Origin: Hydrurus foetidus
Taxonomy: Eukaryota
Reading direction: 5' to 3'
NCBI GenBank assembly: GCA_900617105.1
Contig: UYFQ01000586.1
Span: forward strand, 62,001-95,280
Length of the DNA: 33,280 nt
The translations under genes were made by a program, and so were the position numbers. Shown piece after piece: positions 1 through 13,600 of the stretch; within the stretch, counting starts at the first letter, position 1; each line of letters opens with the position of its first letter. The notes under the pieces are model-generated. The model had not been told where the DNA came from and did not search any database. It saw only the letters and a list, made by a program, of their open reading frames with translations.

Positions 1-27
1 TCGACAGACTGTCGTAGTGTCACAAAA

Positions 28-1903
28 ATGATGGTCGATAATATCACTCTTCTTGCGGTGTTGACGCTCATGCTCGTCCCAGAATTGAACTGCTTCATGT
101 ACGGGTCGTCGCCGACACGGCATGTCGAAGTGAGATCTTCCTCTTTAAGTAAAAGGTCAAAATTGGATCACAGCTTCCGAAAAACTTCTCTGAGTAGCAG
201 CTCAGAATTCAAAAGTAATGGGGATGATAACAGATTGATTCCGAACCTGAATCCCTCTGGTGGTAGAATTAAAGAAATTAGTAAGAGTGTGAACGTCGGC
301 TCTATCCAGCAGGGTGGTTACTACTGCTCATTTGAGATGTATGCATGCCAGAAACAAACTCAGAGACTAGTTGGAAGCCATTTGGCTAACTGGGCTAGAG
401 CTGAGATATACTGCTTGAAAGATTGCGGAACGTTCTCTATGATTCTGCATTCTCTGTGCGGCAAAAGAGTATTCCATGTCATAGGGTGGAAGATCGAGGG
501 AAATATCCTTGCTAGAAACTTTGCTGATATGAGGAAGCGTGGAGAAGGTTATGACACAGACATTGCATCAACTTTACTGTCACCTGGGCTCCTGCATTAC
601 GTCACTCTATGCAATGTCCTCTCATATTTGTCCCGACTAAGTGTTCTTAGATGAGTCTCAACTTTAGCTAACTCAATTATTGTTCGTGTTATCACAATTC
701 AGCCAAGATCACAGAGATATCATTGCGATTTCCAATACTGTTGTAATCCGTCCGCGCAATTTTGTTTATATTACACCAGAAACTGTATGAATTTATATCA
801 AGACTGCGTCTACAGAGGGAGGGATTACACACTAACACACATTCATTCTATAATCTGGCTTTGCTTCTCTTCTTAACTATTTCCACATCTTACACTTCTG
901 CTGTCGTATCTGTATTCAAAATAACAAATTTAAATGCAGTTCAGCACGTTTATTATTTAATATTCTCCTCTTTCGCCTGCTCTCTCCCCATGCCTACTCT
1001 CCTCCTCCTTCGCCTCGCCTCACGTCTCCTCTCCTCCTTTACCTCCTCGCACTTCCATCATGTCCACTTCCACATCCCCTCCTCAAAACTAAAATCCGCC
1101 CTCCTCCATTCTCAGGCCCTGATGGCGGTCCAGCAGCGTTGAAGGAATCCTCGCACATGTACCACCCCTCCCTCTCCATGCCTCAAAGTGAGTCCCAGGA
1201 CTTTTCTTCCTTCACTCATTTGATCAGTCTTTTTTCATATCTCCTCTTTTTCTACTACAAATCCCTCTTTCTAGCACACTTCGATTCTCTCATTTCTCAA
1301 CAAACTTACTAACTCACTCTCTTTTCACTTTCAGCAGGCGGTGCGTTAGGAGGACTTACTCGGTTTGACACGGAAGAGACGCACCAGTACCCCCTCTTCT
1401 CAATCGATCTCTTCAACTGCCAACAGTCAGAAAGACACGGAGAGCTAGTGAAGTCTCTTGAAAAAGCGGTTTTATCGACATTTCCGTCAAATTCAAAGTC
1501 AATTAAAAAAGATTCAACGGAAATACACAAAAATATCGATGGAAGGGAGAATAGAGAATCTAGTCAAGAAGAGAGAGGAGAAGAGTTGTCCATACGGCAA
1601 GAAACACGTACCGAAGGGCGGACAGAGGACATTCCTGAGTTACAGGCTATGCATCTTCTTCAATCCACCGATAAACTGTGCTGCATTCTGTTGGGTGCAT
1701 GGACGGACGTACATGCGTACTCACAGCTGTCGGAGATACCCAAGTATGCGGCTAATATAGCGGATGCAAAGAAGCTGTCCATTCAGGGCTCTTACAGCGA
1801 TATTGTGGAGAAAACGGCTCCTAACAGAATGTACTACGTGTACGACGTGTTGCTGCCCAACAGTCTGGACAACCCTCTGCTGGACTACTCCAAGATGTTC
1901 TAG
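28..1903 (+). CDS. Probably plastid-targeted protein (~386 aa) with two ABM-like (dimeric alpha+beta barrel) repeats; exons 28-547, 1116-1187, 1335-1903
   Basis: GT-AG junctions are phase-compatible (GAAG|gttat, ctcag|GC, CAAA|gtgagt, ttcag|CA) and sum to 1161 nt. The N-terminus is hydrophobic (ITLLAVLTLMLV), then C|F, then a Ser/Arg/Lys-rich stretch. Motifs GTFSMILHSLCGKRVFHVIGW and LQAMHLLQSTDKLCCILLGAWTD resemble the ABM 'H.S.DG.rv....W' pattern. The frame is also open from base 1, so the start could lie upstream. Confidence 0.65.
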
Positions 1904-3372
1904 TCATCGGAATGCCATCATTGTTATGCGGTGTATGATGTAACGCCATACAGCCATAGAGTTGATTTAAGATGTCCTGAGATCGTCTAGCTGAATTCAG
2001 AGTGAGGACTCGCTCCCCTGGTTCCCAATGCTATGACTGCCCTACGCGCTGTCGCTCCATCTCTTCCCTCTTTTTTTCTCTTCGCCCTTTCCTTTCTCTC
2101 CTTACATCGTCAGCCCTACCGTACATCTCATCACTTCATTTCGCCTTCGACCACGCACTGTCAACGACAGACTGTCACTCCTTTCTCTTACAAGTGGTTG
2201 ACCCTTTCACTCACCGATCTAATCTCGTCCTTCACACCTTTCTCACTTCTTTCTCTCTCTTACACCAGTCCCTTCTTTTCTTTTCTTTTCTGCCCTTTGA
2301 AACACTCCTGACGACACGTACACTCCTTCTCTACTTCTCTATCTCAAATCATCAAATCTTTATCCTGGTCGCATTTCTCTCTGTACATGGTAACAATTTA
2401 CTTCAAGTAACAAATCTTATTTTCATCGAGCGGATTTCTTTATTTTAATTTCCAACGGTGCATTATCTGCCGAGCAGAGACCCCACAACTCTTCGATTCC
2501 TGATTCGTTCCTCAACGGCTTCAAGACTGAGCTACTTAGCTGTATTGCTGTTCACAGTAGAGACGAGACAACGATTTCACCGCTGAGAATCACGGAATCA
2601 GTTGAATTCCGGTAGGGAGATACAGGACAAGCGCGATGAGAAGATCAGAATTACGCGTAGACCGTGGAAATTGCACCGATGCCCATTCCGGCACTAACTC
2701 GTCCATTTCCGACTAGATGAGGACGCTGATTTCGTATGATATACAATTGGTCGAATTTGCGTCTAGCAAAGCAATTATGGTAAGATGAGAAAAACTCAGC
2801 GCAATAATATTCGTACTCAACGTTTTTGTTCAGAATAGAAAGAAAGCGGGCGCTATCAAGGTGTTTAAAAGCAATTTTCAGAAGTGATTGCTGAAATTTA
2901 TTCACGGAGTTACCGAGTTACCAGACATACTCTGCAACCATGCATGCATGTGCGATGCAGGAGCATGAGGCGATTTTGTACCGTGTGTGTACCATTGACA
3001 GTACGTTCGGTTCGTTGATCGATTGACCCAGTTTTCCCACTGGAAGATCAAATCGAAATTTTCCCCCGTCGAGAGTCGAGAGGGTTGTTGATTGTCGTCA
3101 ATTGTAGCGGGGATAAAAGGTATTTATCATGATATTAGGCCTAAAGCTGAGATATCTTCTTGCTTCCCACTTCCCTACGTATCACAGTGACAGCACAACG
3201 CGGCAGTGAGTGCTGCTAGACTGGACAGATAAGTCGAGGTCGACAGCACTTGTTTGAAAACGGGAATTCTGGAAGAAGCATTTCCAAAGGAGAACTTCTT
3301 GAAGTTTGTCTGCAACGGCGACGTTTGCAGCAGCGCCTTGCCTATTTTGGCGCACTTGCGGCGGTAGCTTCG

Positions 3373-6300
3373 ATGGGGAATGCATCCAGTGAAGTCCAAT
3401 CGAGTGTGGAGGAAATCACCGACGAGAACTGGTCAAAGCAGCTCGAAAAGTATTTGGAAATTGAGAATGCGGATGTGCAAGCAGATTTGATCTACCTTTT
3501 CGATGGGAAGGCTGTCTCAGGTGAACTACCGTTTACTTTGGAAGCTGGAATCAATCAGTGATTTATTTCATTTTATGCGTGGGGAAAGATGAAAATTTCA
3601 CACTTATCATGATTGCATTTTGACCACAACTCAGTCCTGTCAGGAAGTCAGCGCAATTCAATATCACAGAAAACGCCACTATCTCATGCATGTCTCTGTG
3701 GGGTGTTGAGATTTTGAACGCGGTTGGGATAAAAGCGTGAATGTGTTGTGATCGAAAGAACTCAAAATCAAGTTTGCAAAACTCTCACCCCATCTTTATT
3801 GAATAATACTTACTGCAACCTATGTTCGATTGTGCTGTAGAATCTATCTTGTACTCCATCTGATCTCTCGTAAGTTTCAATTTTCAACACTTTCATCCCA
3901 TCTTACTCCTTTTCATCCCCTCTTCTACTCCTCCTCACCCATGTCAAACTGACACCCCCTTCAGGTCCGGCTCAGAATGACCCCCTTCGATGCAGACAGA
4001 CTGGTAGACACCTGCAACACGGCTCCTTCACACATGTGGTGAAGATGGGGGGACTGACCTGTCTCCCCATCCTCCGATACCAAGGAGCTTCCATTAGAAC
4101 CGGTTAGTTGATTATTTAGTCAGTTTGTCAATTAGCTTGTGTTTAATCATTGAGTGACTTAGTTAGTTCGTTCGTTCCTTGGTTAGTTGGTTGGTCAGTC
4201 AGTAAGTTAGTCGCTAGTCCATCGTCATGTCACTTCAGTCGTGTCGGACAGCGTAAACACCCTTCATCGCATCGCATTCATACGCCATCAGTGCAATAGT
4301 CAATTGATCATCCACAGCTGACGTGCACTGCATCTCGCGTCTTCGCAGCTCCATGCCGCACCACCAATATATCTCTTCTCACCTCCTGTACACTGTGTAC
4401 TTACTAACCCATATGCTTCTTCTGTAATCGTTCCTCAATCGATGTACTAACACGATATTTAATATTTACACAAATTCGGCATGTAGGTGAATTGGCCTGG
4501 TTGGACAGAAACCGTTTTTCCGTTTCTTTCGACGTTTTCACGATTCCTAGAACGCGAAAAGAAAAAGAAAAAAACAGCCGTCGGTCTTTGATAGTTGGCG
4601 GGAGGAATTTCCCGTGGCTTACGGTAGACACGGTATCCCCTTACGGTGAGCACGAGAAGAACAAGGAGGAGGAAAGGTGTGCGAATGACATCGGATATTC
4701 GTACAGCTGCATGAAGAGAGGCTCGAGAAATCACATGAACAAAATCATCTGTTCGAAGAAACGAGATGGAGACAGAGAAACCAAATACAGAGAAAGAGAA
4801 GAGGCAGAGAGGAGAGCTGCTGACAAATTGGGTTCCGCGAAAAGAACGGGAAATCGTGCAAAACCGGATGATATCGATTTTGAAGAAGAGACGTTACGGA
4901 TTTGCTTGAACCATCTCGGAGTGCATTTTAACTGTTTTGACGAGCACGGAAATCCAGGTATCACACGTAATGTACACATTTGCGTACATGCATGTGTACA
5001 CATCGCGTGTACTTACATGTATGCATGAGCGTACGCACAAACACCTATGTACACACACATGCATCCATATGTACCCATATGTATATACCCGAACACACGC
5101 GTCTATCCCATTCATCTCACCTCCACTATCTGCCTTCTATGACGTGCATCCCCACTCTCTCACTACAACTTCTTCTATCCACCGCCTCACTCCCATTTCG
5201 AAATCTTTCTATTCATCATTTTCCAGCTGTTTTACCATCAAATAAATGGAATCATTTAGTACTCTCAGTGGACTATCAGGATCCGTTAAAACTCTATTCA
5301 CCGAAACGAAAAGACCAAAACACTTCAAAAGGGTCAGCAATGAATTCCTCCGGGAAGAGTGAGAACGATGCAGTGATAGAGGAGGTGTCGGACGTAATCC
5401 CCTCAAGTACGTCAAACGATTATTCTGAAGAAAACGAAGAAAAAATACCGTCTCTGATTTCGATAACTGATTTACCATCAAATTCAAAATACATAGGGAA
5501 TAGGAAATTGTTAAAAATCGAAAGTACAGAAGTGATGAGGAGAATTGAATTCGAGAGAAGATTGACGGATAGTGGAAAAAGTGACAGAAGCGTGGAAGAA
5601 AGAAAAGAAAAAGACAGTCAGAGCAGTTTCAAAGAAAAAGAATTTGAAAAAGAAAATGAAGAAGAAAAAGAAAGGGAACCTGTTGTTCCGGGATATAGTG
5701 TGAGAGTCGCATTAAATGGTGTGCCATTAAGTTGCAAGGAGTACTGTACGTTCACCGTGAAGGGCAGTAAGTACGTGAGTGAATTCAACTCAATGGCGAG
5801 CAAGGGCTTGAGAAACAACGACAGCAACACAAGTTACAACAGTGACTGGAGCACCAAAAGCGATGAAGACTTTAGCAGCAATATGAACGCCAATGCCATT
5901 GCGCTGAGTGTGATTGACACCAGTGGGATTCACGGCAATTTAATGAATCTAAACAGCAATTTTCTTCCGAAAAGTTCACAGACTGTCGGACCAAACAACA
6001 TGACAAATAACAATTCTCTAAACTCCTATGTCGTTCCGAAAAGTCTTCATTCCTCCTATTTCAACAATTCGGGTTCGATTGTTGCCGATTTGGACGAAAA
6101 ATACAGCAAAGCAAGTCTCGGCAGTCAAGAGAACCTGAAAAAAGTTGAACTGGAAAAAGAGGAACTTCTAAGAGCTCTAAATGAAAAAATTCAAATTAAA
6201 AGAATAATGGAAATTGAACGAATTAAAAATCTCAAATCTGCGACCCTATCGCCCCCCAAAGAAAAAGGTCAAAACTTAGAATTATCGCCAAATAAAGTAG

Positions 6301-8804
6301 TGGTGGTAAAAAAGGAAAGAAAAGTGAATCGTGAATTATCGTTTGGATTTTATGACAATTTATCGAATTCTTGTTTCAACGGATATGTCCGCTCTTTCCG
6401 TGTTTACAGTCACCCTCCCAGACTGCTCTCAGAAACGGGCATAAAGGTAAAGAAAGAGAAGAAAAGAGAGGAAGAGAGTAGGAGACTGTCACAGATAGAA
6501 TTCAGTACTAATACTGTGAATTTAATACTAAATGATACCGACAATGGCCGTATGACTGTTAATGGAATGATCGGGAAGGATTCCTCTCTTATGGGTGACT
6601 GCATGAACATTATCAATAGAAGAGATGACAGCTTGGAGTTATTGGACAGAAACAGTGCGACGTTAAGGACTGACAACAACATGGGGTCAGCGGAGAGCAA
6701 TATCACAGAGAACACAGAGAACAATCTAACTGAAGTGAAGGCTGCCGATCCATTTGGTATGAGTATCCACCGCAATAGCGGCACCAGTGACTCCGCGAAA
6801 CTGAGAAAAGCACTGGGACACATAACAACGAAGAATGCAGTTTATGCAGTACTGCATGACTTGCCCATAAATAGGATTACTTTAACGAATACTACCGGGC
6901 ACACGGGACAGTACAGAGGGAAGCTGATCAATCAATGGTAAAGCACATTCTTAGCTTTCCTCTGTCTGCTCATCTATCCTTCCAAATATTTTCCTTCCTT
7001 TTTGCTTCTTTTCTCTGCTTCCCACTATCTTCCGAGTTACTCTCTTCTTCTCTACTCTATTCTCATCTTGACTGGACTGTCAGTCACTCCATTCTAATAT
7101 CTGCGGAATCGTATCCAGTATTCTACTGACTCTACTCTCTCTATTTTTGATAATATCTTTCCCTCTCTACCATCAATTCCTCGCTGTCCCTCTCCTTCCT
7201 CTTCCTCAATCAGTTCATCTTCCTCATTCTACTGTTCTGTCTCATTCTCCTCATCTTTCTCTCTCTTCTCAGGTCTTGTTGCGGATCTAGCGATTTCGAT
7301 TCTGTGGGATGCGGCAGATACCATCCAGGTACTCTGCACCTAACTTCAACTACATCCCATCCTACTCTATCTCACCTCCTTTCTTTTCTATCATGTTCTC
7401 TCCCGTTTCATTCTTTTACCTACACTTTTGACTTATCTTCACTACATTATTAATTTCCACTTTCGCTATTATTTTGATACCCTGATTATTATGATATCGT
7501 ACTCCTTGTCATCTGGAACGAACAGCATTTGGTATTTTGTATTTTGTATTTAGCCTGACCGTTCTCTCAAATGCATTGCACTTCGACAGGGGCGTTTGTC
7601 AAGACAGCGAGGAACAACAACGATCTGAACATCGATCAAATCAGAGAGAGGGGCGGACTCTTGAACTCAAATTCCAAAAATGACTCGAACCCGAGCAGCG
7701 CTCCCAACGGCTGTCTCTCCTCTACCTCGTCCACTTCCTCATTTTCCACCACCGGGACTACCTCGAACTCTTCCTCTTCTAGTGATGACGTGTTCTGCGA
7801 CCGCTCCAACACGTACAGCTGCTGTGAGAGAATGAACAAAGGTGAGTACATCACTTGACTCGGCTTGAGACGACTTGAGATGGGCGCATTGCATGCACTG
7901 AGCAATGTAGTGCACACGAGTGCCAGGGGAAAATGCTCACGTTTCTCACACATACATGCGTACATACATACATTCATACTTAATCCGTACCAACGTGCGT
8001 TCCTTTCACTCTCGTCTAGGCTGCATGGCTGGTCCAATCACGCACCATCCCTCGAAGTACTACAGACTCGAAACGTATAACTACACCATCAAGCAATATT
8101 GGGCTTGCTGTGGAAGGAGGAAACGGGCCGGACCGGGGTGCAGAATGGGGCCCCACCCTGACCCTTTCGGACTGGAAGGAGAGCAGAACACGTTGCTGTG
8201 TGAAGTGATCGGTCATGTTAAAGCGGTGAGGAAACCGGTTAATGCGAGCACCATAAGAGTAGTGAGAGACGAAGAGGGAGAAGGCAAAGAAAAAGAAATA
8301 GAAAACAACAAAATAATCGGGAAGAAGGATTTCAATTCTGACTTATACACGCAATTAAAAAATACCAAAATTGGTGTCGTAGAAAATGGAACAGATAAGA
8401 AGATTCTGGAATTAAGCAGTCCAAGGACCTCTCCTTTGAAAAGCGAAATTCAGGAAATTCAAATTCAGATCGAATCGCCTCCCAACATGTCTGTCGATAA
8501 ACCATTTTTAGACATCGGAAAAACTGAAATGGCATCTATTTCAAATGAAACTTCACCTAATAATATGGAATCACCATCTAGATTGGGGAAATCTCTGACC
8601 CGGAAGAAATCACCTTTACGAATGGAAAGCGACTTGAACACCAAATTGAACCTAATCATCAGCAGTCTAACGCAAGAAGACATCGATGAATTTGATGCTG
8701 ATTCCTATTTATTAGATGATAATGACGGACATGCGAGTGTGAAATCGAAGAAAAGAGTTGTGTTTGCATTTGATGACGAGAGAAAAAGAGAATATTTGAT
8801 GTGA
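3373..8804 (+). CDS. 1186-aa protein: MGNxxS myristoylation-like start, LamG/concanavalin-like domain split by low-complexity inserts, three Btk-type Zn-finger-like motifs; exons 3373-3520, 3965-4102, 4487-4957, 5227-6937, 7273-7328, 7590-7841, 8020-8804
   Basis: All six introns are GT-AG and phase-consistent (3561 nt in total). LamG-like motifs: FSVSFDV, LPSNKWNHLVLSVD, VALNGVPL, FNGYVRSFRVYS. Splicing assembles H...WSCCG...GC, YHPG...YSCC...GC and HHP...YWACCG...PGC. Confidence 0.8.
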
Positions 8805-9291
8805 TTCCATTCACTTGGTGGTGATAGATCAATCAATTATTTACGAAAAGTGAGGGAGGGGTTGTTCTGTTTCGGTCCGTCTTATGCTCTGCGGTCAACT
8901 GTGCGAGTAGTTGGGTGAAGGAGGGAGTGCATATGATGTGACAAGACAAACAAAATAAGATGAAAATAAAATGTTGATATTAGAAAGCACTAGTTGATTT
9001 TTGTCGTTATGAAGATTAGATTACAATTATCCCACTAGATTAGAGCGTACATGTTTGGAACGTACATGTTTCAATCAGATAAAATTCCAATTTTATGTTG
9101 CAGACATTGACACACACAACTGTTATTTCTAGATACAGACACAGGTTGAAATAAATCAAAGAGAAAGAGTGAACACATGAATGGTTAAGCCATGTCTGCG
9201 TGCCATACTGCGTGAAGGTGGTCGGGTGGTCACTTGGCTCACCGTTATTAATAATGTAGAGGGGATCAACTATCGGGATAAGTAATTTTCA

Positions 9292-9372
9292 CGGCCAATA
9301 ATCGTACGGCCAATATTTCTTACGGCTGATAATTATTACGGCTAAATCCAATAATCTTACGGCCAATAATTC
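9292..9372. repeat. Array of ~5 degenerate TACGGCCAATAAT motifs
   Basis: cacggccaataat, tacggccaatatt, tacggctgataat, tacggctaaat, tacggccaataat at short spacing. Confidence 0.7.
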
Positions 9373-9861
9373 CTCCGTATAAGAAATTTAATTAAGAGCA
9401 CGAGGAAAGTTAAATGAGACTAAACTAAGCCTCACGCGCCCATGATCACTGTTTACTATAAGGTTTGCCAATGGCTTACTTGCATAGCACAGAGTATGTA
9501 TCACGCACGAAACGACACAACACAGCACTGCATTCATTCATGTCTGATGTGTGACGTGTGATGTGTGCGCCATATGAATGCGTGTTTCTCGTCCTGTGAT
9601 TTCTTAGCAAACGTTGCCTTTTCCCTTCTTTTCCTTTATTTCTTTCTTTCTCTCTTTCTTTCTTTATGATCGTACGTACGCGTCCAGACTTTTTCCCTGA
9701 TTTATTTTCAGTTTTTTGCCTTTGCTACAGAGTCTGCTTTTACTGTAAAAATTTTAACTCTCGTAAAGGGCAATAATTGAATACACCGACATAAATTTTT
9801 GCGTAAAGAATTCGCAGCAATTTTTGACATTTCTTCTGAACGATTATGTAGCACCCAGTGC

Positions 9862-9914
9862 TGTCAAAAAGTCCGCTCAGTGTCAAAAAGTCCGCTCAGT
9901 GTCAAAAAGTCCGC
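9862..9914. repeat. 19-bp tandem repeat TGTCAAAAAGTCCGCTCAG x2.8
   Basis: Copies start at 9862, 9881 and 9900. Confidence 0.95.
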
Positions 9915-9998
9915 ACGGTTACTTAGCCCCCCAATAACTCCATGGACAAATTTCAAAAAATATTGAGGAAAATTGATCTACCGTACAGTAACTGGGTA

Positions 9999-10173
9999 TT
10001 ACGATTCCGGAATAAAATGAACCCCAAATATTTTAGAATTCGCTGGAGCGCCACTCCCCACACCATACTAATTTCCTGTTTTTGATGATTTAGTATGGTG
10101 TGGGGAGTGGCGCCCCAGCGAATTCTAAAATATTTGGCTTTTCGGAAGGGTTCATTTTATTCCGGAATCGTAA
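9999..10173. mobile_element. 175-bp near-palindromic MITE with TA flanks (Tc1/mariner, Stowaway-like)
   Basis: TIR TTACGATTCCGGAATAAAATGAACCC / GGGTTCATTTTATTCCGGAATCGTAA; inner inverted repeat CCAAATATTTTAGAATTCGCTGG...CCCCACACCATACTAA; TA at 9997-9998 and 10174-10175. Confidence 0.85.
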
Positions 10174-10638
10174 TAGTGCTTTCCGTGAATTCGAAATAAA
10201 TAAAGTCCAAAAATAATTTTATTCCATTGATGTTCCCTCACCTCAATATTCGTTTTTCCCAAATTTGACCAAACTTGTTTTTAGAAAAAGATTGCGCGAT
10301 CATCAAGACAGGTATGGTTAACTTAGTGTGGAACCGCAAGGGTTTGACTTGAAAGGGAAAATTTCTCGAGATTTCTCTATTTGAGGTTTTGTGTACCAAA
10401 AAATTGAATATCTTCTTCAACGAGGATTGATGGACAACGTTGGGTCGAGTAGGATGTGCAGTTCAGTTTGTAGCAGAGGATGCAAAAAGCGATGAAGGCT
10501 TTGTGCGCGAGTCAGATGCGCAACCTCGTAGAAGCTCTGCATAACGTTTTTGTTTGAGGAGTCTTTGAATTTCAAAGAATATTGGTACTTCACCTCTCCG
10601 AATCAACTCTCAGCGCAAACAAAAATCCTTCGACCGTT

Positions 10639-13600
10639 ATGACGTTGGCTGACTTCACGGCATGGTCGCGCGCGACCGACAGTCATGCACCGTCAGTTCT
10701 ACCACCCCCTGATGAAGGCGACTACATCAGGGAGCTAGGAGGGATCGAAAAATTCTTGTCGAGAAAAATTCCCGGTACAGACAAGGTTGACTGTTATGAG
10801 TAACAAGTGCCGTCAGCATATTGACTGATTTACGTCAGCTACAAACAGATTTCATTATCTCAATTGCATTATTGCGACCAGCTCTGCATTACTTTCGGAT
10901 CAGTTTATGTCCTGGACGGCGCTGTTTCGCATGACGCTCTTCTTGACGCGGTGGAGCGAGTCATGACGAGGTATCATTTCCTGAATGAAGATAAACCTGA
11001 ACCTGTGGCAAAAGAGTCTAGTTTGTATAAGAGTTGAGATGTGATTTGCTGGAAATGCAAAGGTCGCGCAATGTCGAAGAGATGACAAGTGACCCGAGTC
11101 TAAAAACCATTTGCAGAACATTCTCAACAAAAGTTATTAACGCCACGGCATATTTCAAATCAATAACTCTGCAGGCATCCGATGCTCCGATGTTATCCGA
11201 AGACGAGTCCTAAGGATGGGAAAGAATATTGGTGTCACTGTGCTCAAGAATGCATTCCGCAGAACATGAACAGTGCAGTTCAGACCGAACAAGTGAGTGG
11301 ACGAGAGACCAAGGGACTGTGTCAGCAATTAATTGCAATAATTGTAGAATGTTGCAATAATTGAAATTAGTAGTTTGGATGGAAAAGAACATTGCAACTA
11401 AGGGACAGACATGAAGTGTTGTACAGCGCGATATAGTACAGCTCACTACAGCGCACCGTAGTGTAATACAGTATATTACGATACAATACATACAATACAA
11501 CATAATGCAATACATCATATCCATTAACTTTACATCACTTTGCTCTGATATGATTATGTCTCCATGTTTCTCTTCATGCTCAATGTCACTGAGTTTGTTG
11601 TCCTGCACCGTAGCTGCGTCTGAGATTATCTTCTAGATAATCATCAGTGTTTTGTACAGTATAGTATAGTATAGTGTAGTATCGTATAGTATAGTATAGT
11701 ATAGTATAGTATAGTATAGTATAGTATAGTATAGTATAGTATAGTATTGTATAGTATTGTGTAGTATCGTATAGTATAGTGTAGTATAGTATAGTATAGT
11801 ATAGTATAGTATAGTATAGTATAGTATAGTATAGTATAGTATAGTATAGTATAGTGTAGTACGGTATAGTACAGTACAGTACGTATAGTAGCTGCCTCGA
11901 CTATTATCCCCATCTTCATTTTCCCTCAGCAGATATTTGCTTTTCTGACAGCTTTGAAATGTTTCAGGTGCCTGACAAAGAGTTTGAGCAGCACTGCCAT
12001 CGAGAGTTAGAACGTTCTCTGAATGAAGGAATGTTCCCTGAGCATGGTCCACAATGGTGGTACGGAGCGGAACGTACTGTACTGTACTGTACTGTACTTC
12101 TGATTCTGCTGTGCTGTACTGTACTTCTGATTCTGCTGTGCTGTGATGTATCGCGTTGTGTTGTGTTTTCTGATTCGATTCGCATAACGTCACTGTCATT
12201 TGTGCTCGTAAGTAGCAGTGTCATCACCATCACAATTATCATCATCGACACAATGATAAGTAATATTTTTGCCACCATCATCGTTTACTCTCTGTAAGGA
12301 TGAGGAACATCGTAAGTACGAGTGAAGAAAGATCGTGCTGGGTGTTCTGCTTCAATCATGGAATAAACGACCAAAAGGCAACAAATTTGATGGTCACCGA
12401 GTTATTAGATGCTATTTCATCTAATGCGCCATTCAAGGGATTGAATCCATTTAATGCAGTGATCAGCAAATCGATAACGGATGACATCAAGTTCAACAAT
12501 GGGCAAAAAGAAACGCAAGTTGAGAACCATCCTGAAACATTCAACAAAATGGAAATGGAGATGACCGCAAATGCTTTCAAAAATATCGATAACAAGCCTA
12601 AAATAGATTTGGCTTCTCCATTTCCGCGTAGTCTCGAAAGTGCATTGCACTGCGGGATGTCGTTGGATAGTCTGGGGGAGTGGGAGAAATTGCAGTCACA
12701 GGACCATTATGAAAATGAGGCGTCTCGCGTACCTGACAAGATCCGTCAAAACTACGCAAAGCACCCCGATATATTCGCACACTACGGAAATCCTCTCACT
12801 AGAAAAGCGTTTGTGGATTTAATTCAATTGAGCGAAGAAGACACTGCCCGCCTTGTGTTGAAATGTCGGTTAAAGGGGGTTACTGTGACGAGTGTGTTGA
12901 GCGCTGCTGTGCTGCTAGTGACCTCTGTCTTTCTCCAAAACAAGGGCGGTGATAAAGGGGAAGAGGAGGAGGGGGAGGGGGAGGAGCGAGATAGAGAGGG
13001 GGCGAAGAAAGATGATTTGAATTTCCGAGAGAGAAGACAGGAAAATCAATTAGAAGGGACACTTGATATCGTTGATGTTGAGAATATAAGTGTGAAGCAA
13101 GATGAGATGAAGAGAAAAGATGAGGAGAGGGGAAAGAAAGGGGGCGAGAAAGAGAAGGAGGCAGATAAAGAGGAGGTGGAGGGTGTGGGATCTCAGATTC
13201 TGAAGTTCTACCTGGCCGTGGACTCAAGACCGTACGGTACGTTAGAACGTACGCTACTTCCCTTTTCATACTGCTATTCTACAGTATTATATAATGTTTG
13301 ACATGTACTGTAGTTCGCGTCACAATGGGCATCCTGAACATCGATGATTAAATGCCATAATTCAATGCATTGCCAACGCCCATCGAGTTCACCGCACCCA
13401 CTGCACCAGTCGATTTCAACCCCATCTACTATACGAAACATTAATGGCGCTCAACCTATTGTGTACACATCTACTTCTGCCCCTGCACCTCATGATGAAT
13501 GAGAAGCCTCAAGTTGCGAACTATTCGCCTTCTCTTTTATGTTTTCTTCTCCTCTCTTCGTTCGTCTTCCTCCCCCCGTTTGTTGTCAAAAACAAGCATT

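Noticed and set aside
762..1142. 126-aa ORF, and likewise the ORFs at 2002-2448 and 6935-7129
   Set aside because: Pyrimidine-rich intron or intergenic sequence giving Leu/Ser/Phe-rich spurious frames
4980..5226. His/Cys-rich N-terminus of the 653-aa ORF
   Set aside because: Lies in intron 4958-5226 (ACAT/GTAT low complexity); the real exon starts at 5227
9862..9914. 19-bp repeats as a CRISPR array
   Set aside because: The copies are contiguous with no spacers, there are no cas genes, and the context is eukaryotic
11633..12281. Tyr/Thr/Ile/Leu-repeat ORFs on the minus strand
   Set aside because: Translations of the (TATAG)n and (TACTG)n intronic microsatellites
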